IMG/VR virus record: IMGVR_UViG_3300036715_000626
Location: 141,016-205,015 of that record
Strand: one strand, 5' to 3'
DNA: 64,000 bases
Of the stretch, positions 19,819 through 29,211 are shown one piece after another. Numbering within the stretch: the stretch's first letter is position 1; the number at the start of each line of letters is the position of its first letter. Under the pieces are notes generated by a model. That model worked only from the letters and a program-made list of their open reading frames with translations, made no database searches and was not told where the DNA came from. The translations under genes were made by a program, and so were the position numbers.

Positions 19819-20045
19819 ATTATTCGTGCTTTACCAGCATCGACAAGATTGTTCACAGGTATAAAAATAGTACCCGACATAGTTTTACTAATTCCGAAAC
19901 ACGGAAACGAATCTTTATCATTTCCGATGTCAAAAGAGTCACCTTTTTTAAGGGCAACTTTAAATCCATCTTCAGCAGTACTGTCAAGGGGGTACATATC
20001 AATATCCTGAGTTAACACTACTTTAGGTGGTGCTTTTTCAGTCAT
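19815..20045 (-). CDS. Hypothetical protein
   Basis: 76 aa, ATGA-coupled to the upstream gene. Confidence 0.6.
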   Translation of the reverse strand: MTEKAPPKVVLTQDIDMYPLDSTAEDGFKVALKKGDSFDIGNDKDSFPCFGISKTMSGTIFIPVNNLVDAGKARII

Positions 20046-21196
20046 CGCAGTTCCTTATATTTAGTCTCAAGGTCATGTAATAGGGCTTTGTCACCTTTTC
20101 TACGTTTGAGCTGTTTAATTTGTCGTTTAAGATCCGCTCTTTCGAGCATACGTCTTTTATCTTCTTCTGACTGAGTTGGTGGTTCGTTACGAAGTGATGA
20201 TTTTAAACCATCAAATGGGTTAGGCAACACAGGACAATCCGTACTACCCGTCATGGCTATTAAACTAGCCAACATCATATTAGCCGCTCTACCTCGTCCG
20301 GTATTAAGCTGATTAGTAGCAGAAAAATATTCCGAAGTTTCAGGTATATCATCCATAAAACCAGTGGTGTCGTATCGAATTGCCTCGCCGCCACAGCTAT
20401 CAAAGTCAGTACCTAACCCTCTTAAAGCTTGAAGCATTTGCTCTGGTTCATACTGAGCTTGTTCGCCTCTCACTATGTGAGTTCCGGAAGAATGATGACC
20501 TACCATATTACCACCTGCGTCGTGATGCTCGATCGCAACCGCAGACATATCTAGAGTCGGTCTGTTCGCCATAATTCTTTTAAATAAAATATTCATGGAG
20601 AGTTTCATCTCATCTGCTAGTTCAGGTGTATCGAACAATCCGTCAGCATCAAGACCAAATACATCTAGTGTATTTAACCAATTAGGATTTTCATCTTTAT
20701 ATGCTTGTATTTTTTCTTCTACCAAACCTATGGTAAACTCTTCATTTACTGGAGGTATATTGTCAGAATTAAAAGAAATAACTCCGGTATCACTAGGTAG
20801 TTCAAAATAAGGATTATAACCATAGCCATGTGGCTTGGTATCATCTTTAAAAAGAACATCCATTGGTTTGTGGTCGTATGGTGTTATAGCGTTGTACCTA
20901 CTGTAAGAGGCTATTTTATGTTCATCCACCGCGGCGTAAGTTTTATCAAATTCATTATGAAACTGACCTGTATTACATTCTGAACAAAGCATAAGAATAT
21001 CCGTAGGGGGTTTAATACCGTTAGGAAAATTACGCAAAGTCTCTTTTGTTAAATGTGTACCAAGGTTAACTTCATCACCATATCCTTGCATTTCCATCAT
21101 ATGCATGTTAGGATAACTTGGATCGGTACCAGCACCTATATCAGCACAAGCGGTATTCTCAATACACCGACAATTTTCACATACGAATAAACTCAC
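20042..21196 (-). CDS. Hypothetical protein with N-terminal Cys/His metal-binding motif
   Basis: GTG start with GAGGAG RBS; SLFVCENCRCIENTA ... LCSEC..GQFHNEF pattern of a phage Zn-binding family. Confidence 0.65.
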   Translation of the reverse strand: MSLFVCENCRCIENTACADIGAGTDPSYPNMHMMEMQGYGDEVNLGTHLTKETLRNFPNGIKPPTDILMLCSECNTGQFHNEFDKTYAAVDEHKIASYSRYNAITPYDHKPMDVLFKDDTKPHGYGYNPYFELPSDTGVISFNSDNIPPVNEEFTIGLVEEKIQAYKDENPNWLNTLDVFGLDADGLFDTPELADEMKLSMNILFKRIMANRPTLDMSAVAIEHHDAGGNMVGHHSSGTHIVRGEQAQYEPEQMLQALRGLGTDFDSCGGEAIRYDTTGFMDDIPETSEYFSATNQLNTGRGRAANMMLASLIAMTGSTDCPVLPNPFDGLKSSLRNEPPTQSEEDKRRMLERADLKRQIKQLKRRKGDKALLHDLETKYKELR

Positions 21197-21558
21197 TATT
21201 GCTCCTCTTTCATCTTTAGAATATTTATGTTTTCTCTGCCATATCTAAAGAAAGATTCACCAAGCATATTAAAAGCTAAATATAGCCTAGCCTGATTTTG
21301 ATCATCGGCCTTGTAAAATAAGTCCAATACGGCGGTATCAAAACTATTTAAGTTACGTTCTTTATAAGCAATCATTAACTCTTTCAGTTTAACAACGTCG
21401 TAGTTACTAAAATTAGCTCTGCGGTGAAAAATTGCGGTAACAACAATTATATCAATATCAGAGGGAGTTTTATCAAAACCATCATGATCTATAGCATCCT
21501 GAATCAAGGCTAGGCCAGCTTTGCTAAATATACTTTCTACATTTACTGTATTGTTCAC
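21196..21558 (-). CDS. Hypothetical protein
   Basis: 120 aa, coupled to both neighbours, GGAGG RBS. Confidence 0.6.
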   Translation of the reverse strand: MNNTVNVESIFSKAGLALIQDAIDHDGFDKTPSDIDIIVVTAIFHRRANFSNYDVVKLKELMIAYKERNLNSFDTAVLDLFYKADDQNQARLYLAFNMLGESFFRYGRENINILKMKEEQ

Positions 21559-21980
21559 TATTCCTCCTTTTTATAGTTTTTGTCAAACGCGTACCAACCA
21601 TCATCACCAGGTATTTTTATACCCATAATACTGCAATCCGGATAAGTAAAGTCGGTTAAATACGCGCCATCTTTATCAACGTATATGAATACAGGCATGT
21701 TATCGATAATGCGTATATCTACATACGCCACAGTTGATTTGTTAAGTAACAGTACATGATTGCTAAAAATAGGGTTTCCGCCCATATCAACACAGTTTGT
21801 AGGGAAACCAACATCTTGTAATAGAGATGTCTCTATAAATATATGATTCTGTGTACAGAATGTTATGTTTGGAACAAAAATATATGCTGGGTCCGAATAC
21901 CCGGCCTTAATTTTTACATGACCTTCTAACGCAGATTGGTTAGCTTTATTATTATGCTGCGACATTGTTTTCCTTAACAC
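21558..21980 (-). CDS. Hypothetical protein
   Basis: ORF within a tightly packed operon; the true start may be the internal ATG (MSQHNN). Confidence 0.6.
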   Translation of the reverse strand: MLRKTMSQHNNKANQSALEGHVKIKAGYSDPAYIFVPNITFCTQNHIFIETSLLQDVGFPTNCVDMGGNPIFSNHVLLLNKSTVAYVDIRIIDNMPVFIYVDKDGAYLTDFTYPDCSIMGIKIPGDDGWYAFDKNYKKEE

Positions 21981-22293
21981 TAAGATATTTAGCCAACTGA
22001 TTGAATTCTTCGTAACTAATAGCTAACTTTACAGTAGCTTTACCCAAGTGAGTTATTTTTATTAACTCGTTATCAAGTAGATATTTCATAACTAACTCAC
22101 ACTCAGTAACACTACTTGTGAGTACTTGAGCTCGTTTAGTTACATACACAGTAAGTTCTTCTGGTAACACCATAGACTTGTTAGTAGCCAGTATTTTACC
22201 AAATGCATCCAAACGGCGTTTATCTAACTTGGAAAGTCCAGTAGCAAACTGAACAACTAATTTACCGATAATCTTTTCAATGTTAGAATTCAT
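21952..22293 (-). CDS. Hypothetical protein
   Basis: 113 aa with AAGGG RBS. Confidence 0.6.
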   Translation of the reverse strand: MNSNIEKIIGKLVVQFATGLSKLDKRRLDAFGKILATNKSMVLPEELTVYVTKRAQVLTSSVTECELVMKYLLDNELIKITHLGKATVKLAISYEEFNQLAKYLSVKENNVAA

Positions 22294-22345
22294 TATTTCC
22301 CTTTAACTATTTTATACCGTCTTATGACGTTATTGATATCGTTAG

Positions 22346-23605
22346 CTAACTTTCAGCCTCAACCGAATCGTCAAGAGTAGCATTGTTACTATTATAGTAC
22401 ACAGTGTCTACAATATTACGAATAGCTTTAACCGCAGTAGAAGTTTGCTCCTGGGTCCAGTTCTTCCAAACATCTTGGTTAGCGTTACGTTCGGTGAATA
22501 GGTGCTTCCATACCTTAGGGTCGTTAAACCAACCGGTCATGATCATTTCTTTATAACGGAACTCAAGCATAGCTCGTTGGTAGATCTCTTTAGGATAACC
22601 AATATACTTAAGAAACTGCATAATGGTGTGTTGTGAGTACTTGTGAATAAAGTCATACACAACGCCATCAATCGATGTTTTAGTTAGAACACTGTGAAAG
22701 ATATCCTGAAGTTCATTAGGAATCATATGTGGATCTTGATAATTAACATTGTAAGTTCGTTTACGAAGATCTTCCGGCAACCAATAATCGACATCTGAGA
22801 TATCAACCATGCGCTCACTACGAGACTCTTTTGAAATAGCTGTGTGTGTAATCAAATGGTTAAACACGAACATAGGAATTTTGGCTTTAACCGCTTTGAA
22901 GTCTTTAAGTTCTTCAACAGTGTTATAAGGAATATCCTCATAATCGATACCGGCATTAAGACACGCGCGCATGTTAGTAAACAATTTGAAAGAACTTTGA
23001 TCGTGAGGGAGTTCGTTATATTCAACATAACCGAATTTAGATAAGTTATTTAAGAAGTCATCTCCCCACATAGTTACCCAGTTACCACTTTTAGTTACTA
23101 TAGAAAGTCTTAGAGGGTTGTCAGACATAATTTGACAATCCAACATTACTGGGCAAAATTCCAAAGGACGGCTAGGGCTTCCCTCTAATTTAGACTTCCA
23201 GTTAGGAAGTAACCCATTTACAGAATACTCTGTGTATCCACATTTTGAGCACTTAATTTCCATTCCGATAGATTTAGTCTCAAGAACACCTGTAGCTACC
23301 TCTACCTTTTCGGTATCGTTATGCATTTCAACAGTACCACTTTTGCATTTAGGACACATAATAACGCCATTATCGCTAAGCGTGTTATACGTATCAATGG
23401 TATCTTGTGTCGGAGCAGCTTCTTTAAGAAGTGCTTGATAACGTTTAGGAGGGTTAGCACTCTCCGATTTACCTCTTGAAATCGCCGCAAGATCTGTTAC
23501 GAACTTGATACGATTTTCTTCGTTAAGGTTAGCTTCACAAGCTTTGACTGTTGATACCTCATCTGTTGCGTATCCTAACGCATATCCGTAAAAATGTTCT
23601 ACCAT
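22346..23605 (-). CDS. thyX: Divergent FAD-dependent thymidylate synthase (ThyX-like) with inserted Zn ribbon
   Basis: SPSRPLEF, IPMFVFNHLITHTAISKESRSER (ThyX RHRx7S motif altered to THTx7S), EIYQRAMLEFRYKEMIMTG, WKHLFTER and TQEQT; CPKC...CSKC insert. Confidence 0.7.
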   Translation of the reverse strand: MVEHFYGYALGYATDEVSTVKACEANLNEENRIKFVTDLAAISRGKSESANPPKRYQALLKEAAPTQDTIDTYNTLSDNGVIMCPKCKSGTVEMHNDTEKVEVATGVLETKSIGMEIKCSKCGYTEYSVNGLLPNWKSKLEGSPSRPLEFCPVMLDCQIMSDNPLRLSIVTKSGNWVTMWGDDFLNNLSKFGYVEYNELPHDQSSFKLFTNMRACLNAGIDYEDIPYNTVEELKDFKAVKAKIPMFVFNHLITHTAISKESRSERMVDISDVDYWLPEDLRKRTYNVNYQDPHMIPNELQDIFHSVLTKTSIDGVVYDFIHKYSQHTIMQFLKYIGYPKEIYQRAMLEFRYKEMIMTGWFNDPKVWKHLFTERNANQDVWKNWTQEQTSTAVKAIRNIVDTVYYNSNNATLDDSVEAES

Positions 23606-23946
23606 TGTATTTCCTTATTACATATTTTTTGTAGAGTTTCTAAATATATTTTAAAATCCAATTTCATATCTATAATAGAAACAAACTCTAATATAGGTTT
23701 ATAGTATGAATTGTATTCTTTATTAGATAAAGAACTAAACTTATCTTTAGTTAATTCCATTATTAACAACTCTGTTAACGCACGCGGACCTTCGCCTGAA
23801 TAACCCCAACTTATTCCGCTATTAACAGCTTCCATAGGGTCAATTTCTTTTAAAATAGCTATTCCGCCAATAGCACCTTCAGCACAATATTGTAAAACAT
23901 TTGCATAAGGTTCTTTTTCTACAACTCTGTAAAAGTATTTAAGCAT
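23599..23946 (-). CDS. Hypothetical protein (WGYxGxGP motif family)
   Basis: ISWGYSGEGPRALTELL motif; AAGGAG RBS; TATATTAT upstream. Confidence 0.6.
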   Translation of the reverse strand: MLKYFYRVVEKEPYANVLQYCAEGAIGGIAILKEIDPMEAVNSGISWGYSGEGPRALTELLIMELTKDKFSSLSNKEYNSYYKPILEFVSIIDMKLDFKIYLETLQKICNKEIQW

Positions 23947-23971
23947 TTTAGCTCCTTCGTTAGTTACTTAA

Positions 23972-23979
23972 ATAATATA
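23972..23979 (-). promoter_or_regulatory. Putative early promoter TTTAA-cca-TATATTAT
   Basis: + strand aataatatatggttaaa; the same string occurs at 63728. Confidence 0.65.
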
Positions 23980-24028
23980 TGGTTAAACTATATTGATTAT
24001 GGAAAACTCAACACCGAGTCTTTACCGC

Positions 24029-24451
24029 TTATCTATAACTGGATAATGTTTCTAGTATCTTTAAAGCTTCGATACTATCTTTAAAGATTACTAATTCCCA
24101 CATCCGTCTTTCCGTAATTAAACATTCGTCTAGATGAGAAGTTACAGTACCAGAACCCTTATCAGTATGATAGTTATATATAGGAAAATAACTACCTATA
24201 GTAACATTAGACCTACTGAAGGTGTCAAACTTTTGAATAATCGGTTCGTTAGCAACTCTTTTCTTATCTTTACGACATAACACACTGGCTAAGTTAGTAA
24301 CCACTTCTTCTAAGGGATACTTTATTATGTTTATCTCATGTGGAACTTCACCAAGATATACACCTATCTTAACTTTACCATTTTTTGTATATACCCAAAT
24401 ACCATCTATATTAAATGTTGAATGTGTGACGCAGTCGTTAATTTCTAACAT
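24029..24451 (-). CDS. Hypothetical protein
   Basis: 140 aa with AAAGGA RBS. Confidence 0.6.
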   Translation of the reverse strand: MLEINDCVTHSTFNIDGIWVYTKNGKVKIGVYLGEVPHEINIIKYPLEEVVTNLASVLCRKDKKRVANEPIIQKFDTFSRSNVTIGSYFPIYNYHTDKGSGTVTSHLDECLITERRMWELVIFKDSIEALKILETLSSYR

Positions 24452-24592
24452 AATAATTCCTTTAGTTAGTTGTCAGTTATAAATTCTAATTGAAATTTTT
24501 ATCTGTCCGATTACTGTATATAATAGCTATGTTTTAAATAGTAATTTTAACTACCTATTATTATGAATATCACAATATAAAAAAGGTTAATT

Positions 24593-26905
24593 ATGGACAC
24601 TAAACAGCTGTTATCTGACTCGAAATACTTTGAGTCATACGCTAGATATTTGGACGACAAAGGTCGTTATGAAACATGGGATGAAGCTGTAGAGCGTGTA
24701 ATGGGGATGCATAAGACATACTATGCTGACAAACTGACTCCTGAACTTATTGGACTACTGGATGAAGTAGAAGAAGCGTATAAAGATAAACTGTTTTTAG
24801 GCTCACAAAGAGCTCTACAATTCGGCGGAGAACAACTTCTAAAAAATCACTCTAAACTTTATAACTGTACCGCCTCTTATTGCGATCGTGTTGAAGTATT
24901 CGGCGAAATTTTCCATCTCATGCTTTCTGGTTGTGGAGTAGGGTTTAGTGTGCAACAGCAACACATATCTAAACTTCCAAACTTACTACCGCGTGGTGAA
25001 AAGACTGTTACTTATATAGTAGAAGATTCTATTGAAGGTTGGGCTTCTAGTGTTGATGTACTATTAAGTTCATTTTTCGACAATGGTGGTAAACACCCTG
25101 AGTATCACGGGTATCAAATTCATTTTGATTTAAGCAATATACGACCTAAAGGTTCCTTTATTTCAGGTGGATTTAAAGCTCCTGGTCCAGATGGTTTACG
25201 TATGGCTCTCGCTAAAATTGAATTGTTGCTAATTAAACTATTAGAAACAAGTAACGTTATTAATAGTATAACCGTTTATGATATTATTATGCACATAGCA
25301 GATGCCGTTATTTCGGGTGGTGTTCGTAGAGCAGCAACTATTTGTCTGTTCTCTAAAGAAGATACCGATATGATAACTGCTAAAACTGGCGATTGGTATA
25401 CCACTAATCCTCAAAGAGGAAGATCTAATAATTCATGTTTGTTATTACGTAACGATACAACTAGAGAAGAATTTGAAACTATCATGGCAAGTGTTAAAGA
25501 ATACGGTGAACCCGGATTTATTTGGACTGATAGCTTAGAGCTGCTTTTTAACCCATGCGTTGAAATTGGTTTATACGCTAAAACTGCTAGCGGTGTTTCT
25601 GGTTTTTCTATGTGTAACTTAACAGAGATTAATGGCGGTAAAAGTGACAATGCTGATACGTTTTACTTACAATGTAAAGTAGCCTCTATTATGGGAACTT
25701 TACAAGCTGGATACACAGACTTCAAGTTTTTATCACCGGCTACTAAAGAAATTGTTGATCGCGAAGCACTTCTTGGTGTATCTATCACTGGGTGGATGAA
25801 CAATCCTACAGTATTGTTCGATCCGGATATTTTAAAAACTGGAGCTGAAATTGCTAAACAGTGGAACAAGATTACTGCTAAACTTATCGGCATTAATGCA
25901 GCTGCCCGGGTGACTACAGTTAAACCTAGTGGTAATGCGTCAGTGTTGCTAGGAACAGCTTCTGGTATACACGGAGAACATTCTAAACGGTATTTACGGC
26001 ATGTACAATTTAATAAAGAAACAGAGATTGCTAAAGCATTTCTTAAACATAATCCTAAAATGTGTGAGCAAAGTGTATGGGGAACTACTGATATTGTTGT
26101 AGCGTTCCCTATTACTCCTAAAGAAGGGTCTATTTATAAGAAAGATCTATTAGGGGTTAAGCAACTTGAATATGTTGTTAAAGCACAGCGAGATTGGGTT
26201 AATAACGGACGTAATGATGATCTTTGTGTTATGCCATTTCTTAAACATAATGTTAGTAATACTATCACCGTAGATGATTGGGACAATGTATCTGATTTTA
26301 TTTATGATAACCGTAACTTCTTAGGCGGTGTGTCATTGTTAGCTGCTGGTGGTGATAAGTCGTATCCACAAGCTCCATTTACAGAAGTATTTACTTATGA
26401 CGAGATCGTTTCTAAATACGGTGAAAATACTTTATTCACATCAGCACTTATTGAAGCTGGATTAACAGCATTTAATAATGATTTATGGGCAGCTATCAAT
26501 ACAGCACTTGGTTATGGCGAGCAGCTTAAAGATAGTCGTCTTGACGAACTTCGTACTAAATTGAACTCAGTTATTGGTAATGAAGTATTGCTCGAAGAAG
26601 GTGAAAAAAATAGTCTTTATGAATCTATTAATAACGCTATTCAATATAGCGGGGTTCTCGGTGAAAGTAGTATTGATTTACTTAAGCGCGACTTTGTACG
26701 TCGTTTCAATAAGTTTGCTAAACGGTTTGAATCCGCACATGTATGTGCTGACTGTCTTAAGGATGTATATAATCTGCATAAGTGGTCTAATATACAACTT
26801 AACTTCACAGATGTAGATTGGTTAGTGCATTTAACAGAAAAAAAATACGTTGACGTTAATACCTTAGCGGCACAAGCATGTTCTGGCGGTAAATGCGAGA
26901 TTTAA
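24593..26905 (+). CDS. nrdJ: Ribonucleotide reductase, probably class II (NrdJ-like, adenosylcobalamin-dependent)
   Basis: RYETWDEAVERV, LYNC, GCGVGFS, GGVRRAA, FNPCVEI thiyl Cys, CNLTEIN, TTVKPSG and C-terminal CSGGKCEI; no small-subunit gene in the window. Confidence 0.8.
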   Translation: MDTKQLLSDSKYFESYARYLDDKGRYETWDEAVERVMGMHKTYYADKLTPELIGLLDEVEEAYKDKLFLGSQRALQFGGEQLLKNHSKLYNCTASYCDRVEVFGEIFHLMLSGCGVGFSVQQQHISKLPNLLPRGEKTVTYIVEDSIEGWASSVDVLLSSFFDNGGKHPEYHGYQIHFDLSNIRPKGSFISGGFKAPGPDGLRMALAKIELLLIKLLETSNVINSITVYDIIMHIADAVISGGVRRAATICLFSKEDTDMITAKTGDWYTTNPQRGRSNNSCLLLRNDTTREEFETIMASVKEYGEPGFIWTDSLELLFNPCVEIGLYAKTASGVSGFSMCNLTEINGGKSDNADTFYLQCKVASIMGTLQAGYTDFKFLSPATKEIVDREALLGVSITGWMNNPTVLFDPDILKTGAEIAKQWNKITAKLIGINAAARVTTVKPSGNASVLLGTASGIHGEHSKRYLRHVQFNKETEIAKAFLKHNPKMCEQSVWGTTDIVVAFPITPKEGSIYKKDLLGVKQLEYVVKAQRDWVNNGRNDDLCVMPFLKHNVSNTITVDDWDNVSDFIYDNRNFLGGVSLLAAGGDKSYPQAPFTEVFTYDEIVSKYGENTLFTSALIEAGLTAFNNDLWAAINTALGYGEQLKDSRLDELRTKLNSVIGNEVLLEEGEKNSLYESINNAIQYSGVLGESSIDLLKRDFVRRFNKFAKRFESAHVCADCLKDVYNLHKWSNIQLNFTDVDWLVHLTEKKYVDVNTLAAQACSGGKCEI

Positions 26906-26914
26906 AAAAATATT

Positions 26915-26944
26915 GTACATAGCTAACAACTGTTAGCTATGTAC
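26915..26944. terminator. Hairpin terminator between convergent genes
   Basis: 14-bp stem gtacatagctaaca-ac-tgttagctatgtac. Confidence 0.75.
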
Positions 26945-27470
26945 TTTCTTTGGTTAATTGTTTATTTAAAAAAGCCTGAGCTTCTTTAAATTTGTCGACA
27001 GTATGTTTATTTTCTTCAAGCATACGAACCGCCGCTATTATTTTTGCTTTAACACTATCCGGTTTATCAATAGCGTTATATTTTTTCAGAATAGCATGTT
27101 CTTTAGTTATAGAACTTATCATAGCTTTTTTATCTTTTAATACCGAATATACTCGACTTTTATTAATAAGAAGCTCGCTTTTAGTATACTCTAAAAGCTT
27201 TACATATTTAAAAGCATTCTTAATTTTCTTAAGTGCGGAATCATGAGAAGCTTCATAAGATAAATATGCTTTATGAAGTTTCTCCAACTCTTCTATAGTA
27301 AAATTCGACATAGATGCTTTTTGGGTTATCCCGATCATAGGACACATATCATACACATTATACATAACATTTGAGTTAAGGTTGCCGTTAGTTGCTAAAT
27401 TAATAACTTCTAATTCTTCCTTATTCATAATAACATCAGTATACTTATTCTTCGGCTTTAACTCAGTCAT
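26937..27470 (-). CDS. Hypothetical basic helical protein
   Basis: 177 aa, AGGAG RBS, TATATTAT at 27503-27510. Confidence 0.6.
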   Translation of the reverse strand: MTELKPKNKYTDVIMNKEELEVINLATNGNLNSNVMYNVYDMCPMIGITQKASMSNFTIEELEKLHKAYLSYEASHDSALKKIKNAFKYVKLLEYTKSELLINKSRVYSVLKDKKAMISSITKEHAILKKYNAIDKPDSVKAKIIAAVRMLEENKHTVDKFKEAQAFLNKQLTKEST

Positions 27471-27502
27471 ATTGACTCCTTGGTCTTTTAGATTCTACTA
27501 TT

Positions 27503-27510
27503 ATAATATA
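27503..27510 (-). promoter_or_regulatory. Putative early promoter core TATATTAT
   Basis: + strand ataatatatggttaa upstream of ATG 27470. Confidence 0.6.
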
Positions 27511-27598
27511 TGGTTAATTGATACTAGGAATATAAAAAATGATTCTGAATATGAAGATCTATTATTAACATTAAACAGCTTATAGATATTAAAAAAGG

Positions 27599-28093
27599 AT
27601 GAATATGACATACCAAGAATGGGTAACAGATCACAATGAAAAGGTGTCTAAAATATTAAATAAATTATCTTTACAAGGAATATCTACTATTGAAGAAATA
27701 GTAGATTACTTTGATTTTGATAGTATGGCTAAAAATGAACCTGAGTTTTGTCCACTTTATAAGGATAATATCAAATGCCACAGTATAGAAAAACTTAATT
27801 GTTATCACTGTGCGTGTCCTCACTTTGTTATTAACAAGAATCCTGCTACTAAAGGTAAGACTACCATAGCCAGTGTATGTAGTATTGATTCTCGCTTTAA
27901 AGATGAGTTCTACGAAAATCCAGATGAGAATAATGTAGTTAAAATACATTGTGATTGTACTAACTGCTACTTACCGCATAAGCAGTCTTATGTTTTAAAA
28001 TCATTACATAACCAACAAAAAGACTATATTAAATTAAAAGAGTGTGATTCATTATTAGATTACTTACGTGTAAATCAAATGAAGAAAAAATAA
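27599..28093 (+). CDS. Cysteine-rich small-domain (Zn-binding) protein
   Basis: FCPLY...CH....LNCYHCACP...CSI...DCTNCYLPH pattern, which I recall from a conserved Campylobacterota protein. Confidence 0.7.
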   Translation: MNMTYQEWVTDHNEKVSKILNKLSLQGISTIEEIVDYFDFDSMAKNEPEFCPLYKDNIKCHSIEKLNCYHCACPHFVINKNPATKGKTTIASVCSIDSRFKDEFYENPDENNVVKIHCDCTNCYLPHKQSYVLKSLHNQQKDYIKLKECDSLLDYLRVNQMKKK

Positions 28094-28124
28094 GACTACA
28101 TACCGCATCTGCGGTATGTAGTCT
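28093..28124. terminator. Hairpin terminator between convergent genes
   Basis: 15-bp stem agactacataccgca-tc-tgcggtatgtagtct. Confidence 0.75.
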
Positions 28125-28752
28125 AGTATTTAAACACGTAACCTGATGCATTTGACAAACTATCAATATCCGTAACGTTAATGTCTTGAGTACCGTCATT
28201 ATTAATGATGTATACTTTAAGATAGTCACCGCTCTTAATAATTTTAAAAACATATTTAGGTATATCAGAAGTTTTTAAACTACCATTAGAACCAAAAGTA
28301 CCAGACACCACAGTTGTCTTACCGAGGTCTAATGTTAAAGCACGTTCTTTTTCTTCTAATGATTTCCAGTTACCACGGTTATTAGAATAGTATTGTGGTA
28401 TCATGTTCGCCATAGAAAAACTCTCATATTGCGAGCTAGTAGTCGGCATATTCCCACACGGAGCTAAATGACCCTTATCGTACTCACTATTTACGAAGTT
28501 ATGTAATATATGTGTGTTAAGTTTAGGGTCCTCGTGAAATGCGTCCACTCTTGGTACATTATCTGCTTTACGTAAGTTAGCTGCTGTTAAGTCCTCAACG
28601 CTATAAACTGATCTATTTAGATCATTCGAGTAACAAGTTGTAAAATGTGTATATTTAACGCATTTAACTGTGTAAGGTGAAGTTATTGAGATAAACTCGC
28701 TAGCCAACATGTTACTATATATCAATAGTAAAAGAAAAAAGATCTTAATCAT
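28123..28752 (-). CDS. Exported DNA/RNA non-specific endonuclease (NucA/Serratia-type)
   Basis: Signal peptide, then YDKGHLAP, ESFSMANMIPQ, NRGNWKSLEE and IPKYVFKII. Confidence 0.9.
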   Translation of the reverse strand: MIKIFFLLLLIYSNMLASEFISITSPYTVKCVKYTHFTTCYSNDLNRSVYSVEDLTAANLRKADNVPRVDAFHEDPKLNTHILHNFVNSEYDKGHLAPCGNMPTTSSQYESFSMANMIPQYYSNNRGNWKSLEEKERALTLDLGKTTVVSGTFGSNGSLKTSDIPKYVFKIIKSGDYLKVYIINNDGTQDINVTDIDSLSNASGYVFKY

Positions 28753-28790
28753 CGGTACTCCTTAGTATTCAAGTAATAAAAAAAGATTCT

Positions 28791-28818
28791 CTGTATATAG
28801 GGATATCCCTATATACAG
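28791..28818 (-). terminator. Perfect 28-bp palindrome
   Basis: ctgtatatagggat|atccctatatacag with an A-tract at about 28777-28784. Confidence 0.7.
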
Positions 28819-28950
28819 TATATGATTTACTCCACCTTTAGATTAGGCTCGGTTATTTTAACAATGTAACGAGTAGGGTCATTCATCCCATCACTATCAA
28901 TAACCCAATGAGCTAATCTTACAACATCAATCGGTTTCATTCGCGATGGG

Positions 28951-29211
28951 TTATGATAATGTAGTGATACGGATATTACTGTCCGTATTGACTTCGATAA
29001 TTGTCAAAGTCCAAACAGCTGTATTAAACTCTGGAAAGACACTACAAAATTTTTCTTTTTTAGCAACAGCCCAGTTATCAATACGATCAGTCATGACTTC
29101 GATTGAATCGAAGTCACAGCTATTAAACTCATTCGCAGAAGTTACGAAACTAGTATCTGTAAGTTTTCTAGTAAGTACTCCTATAAAAACAATATTTGCC
29201 GACATCACCAC
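28951..29211 (-). CDS. Hypothetical protein, possibly frameshifted (alternative frame open 28827..29003)
   Basis: AGGAG RBS; a second frame continues to TAA at 28827, just before the hairpin. Confidence 0.45.
   Translation of the reverse strand: MVMSANIVFIGVLTRKLTDTSFVTSANEFNSCDFDSIEVMTDRIDNWAVAKKEKFCSVFPEFNTAVWTLTIIEVNTDSNIRITTLS

Noticed and set aside
22346-26905. Inteins or introns in the ThyX-like gene and RNR
   Set aside because: The inserts are short and lack intein terminal (C...HN) or homing-endonuclease motifs, and the frames are uninterrupted.
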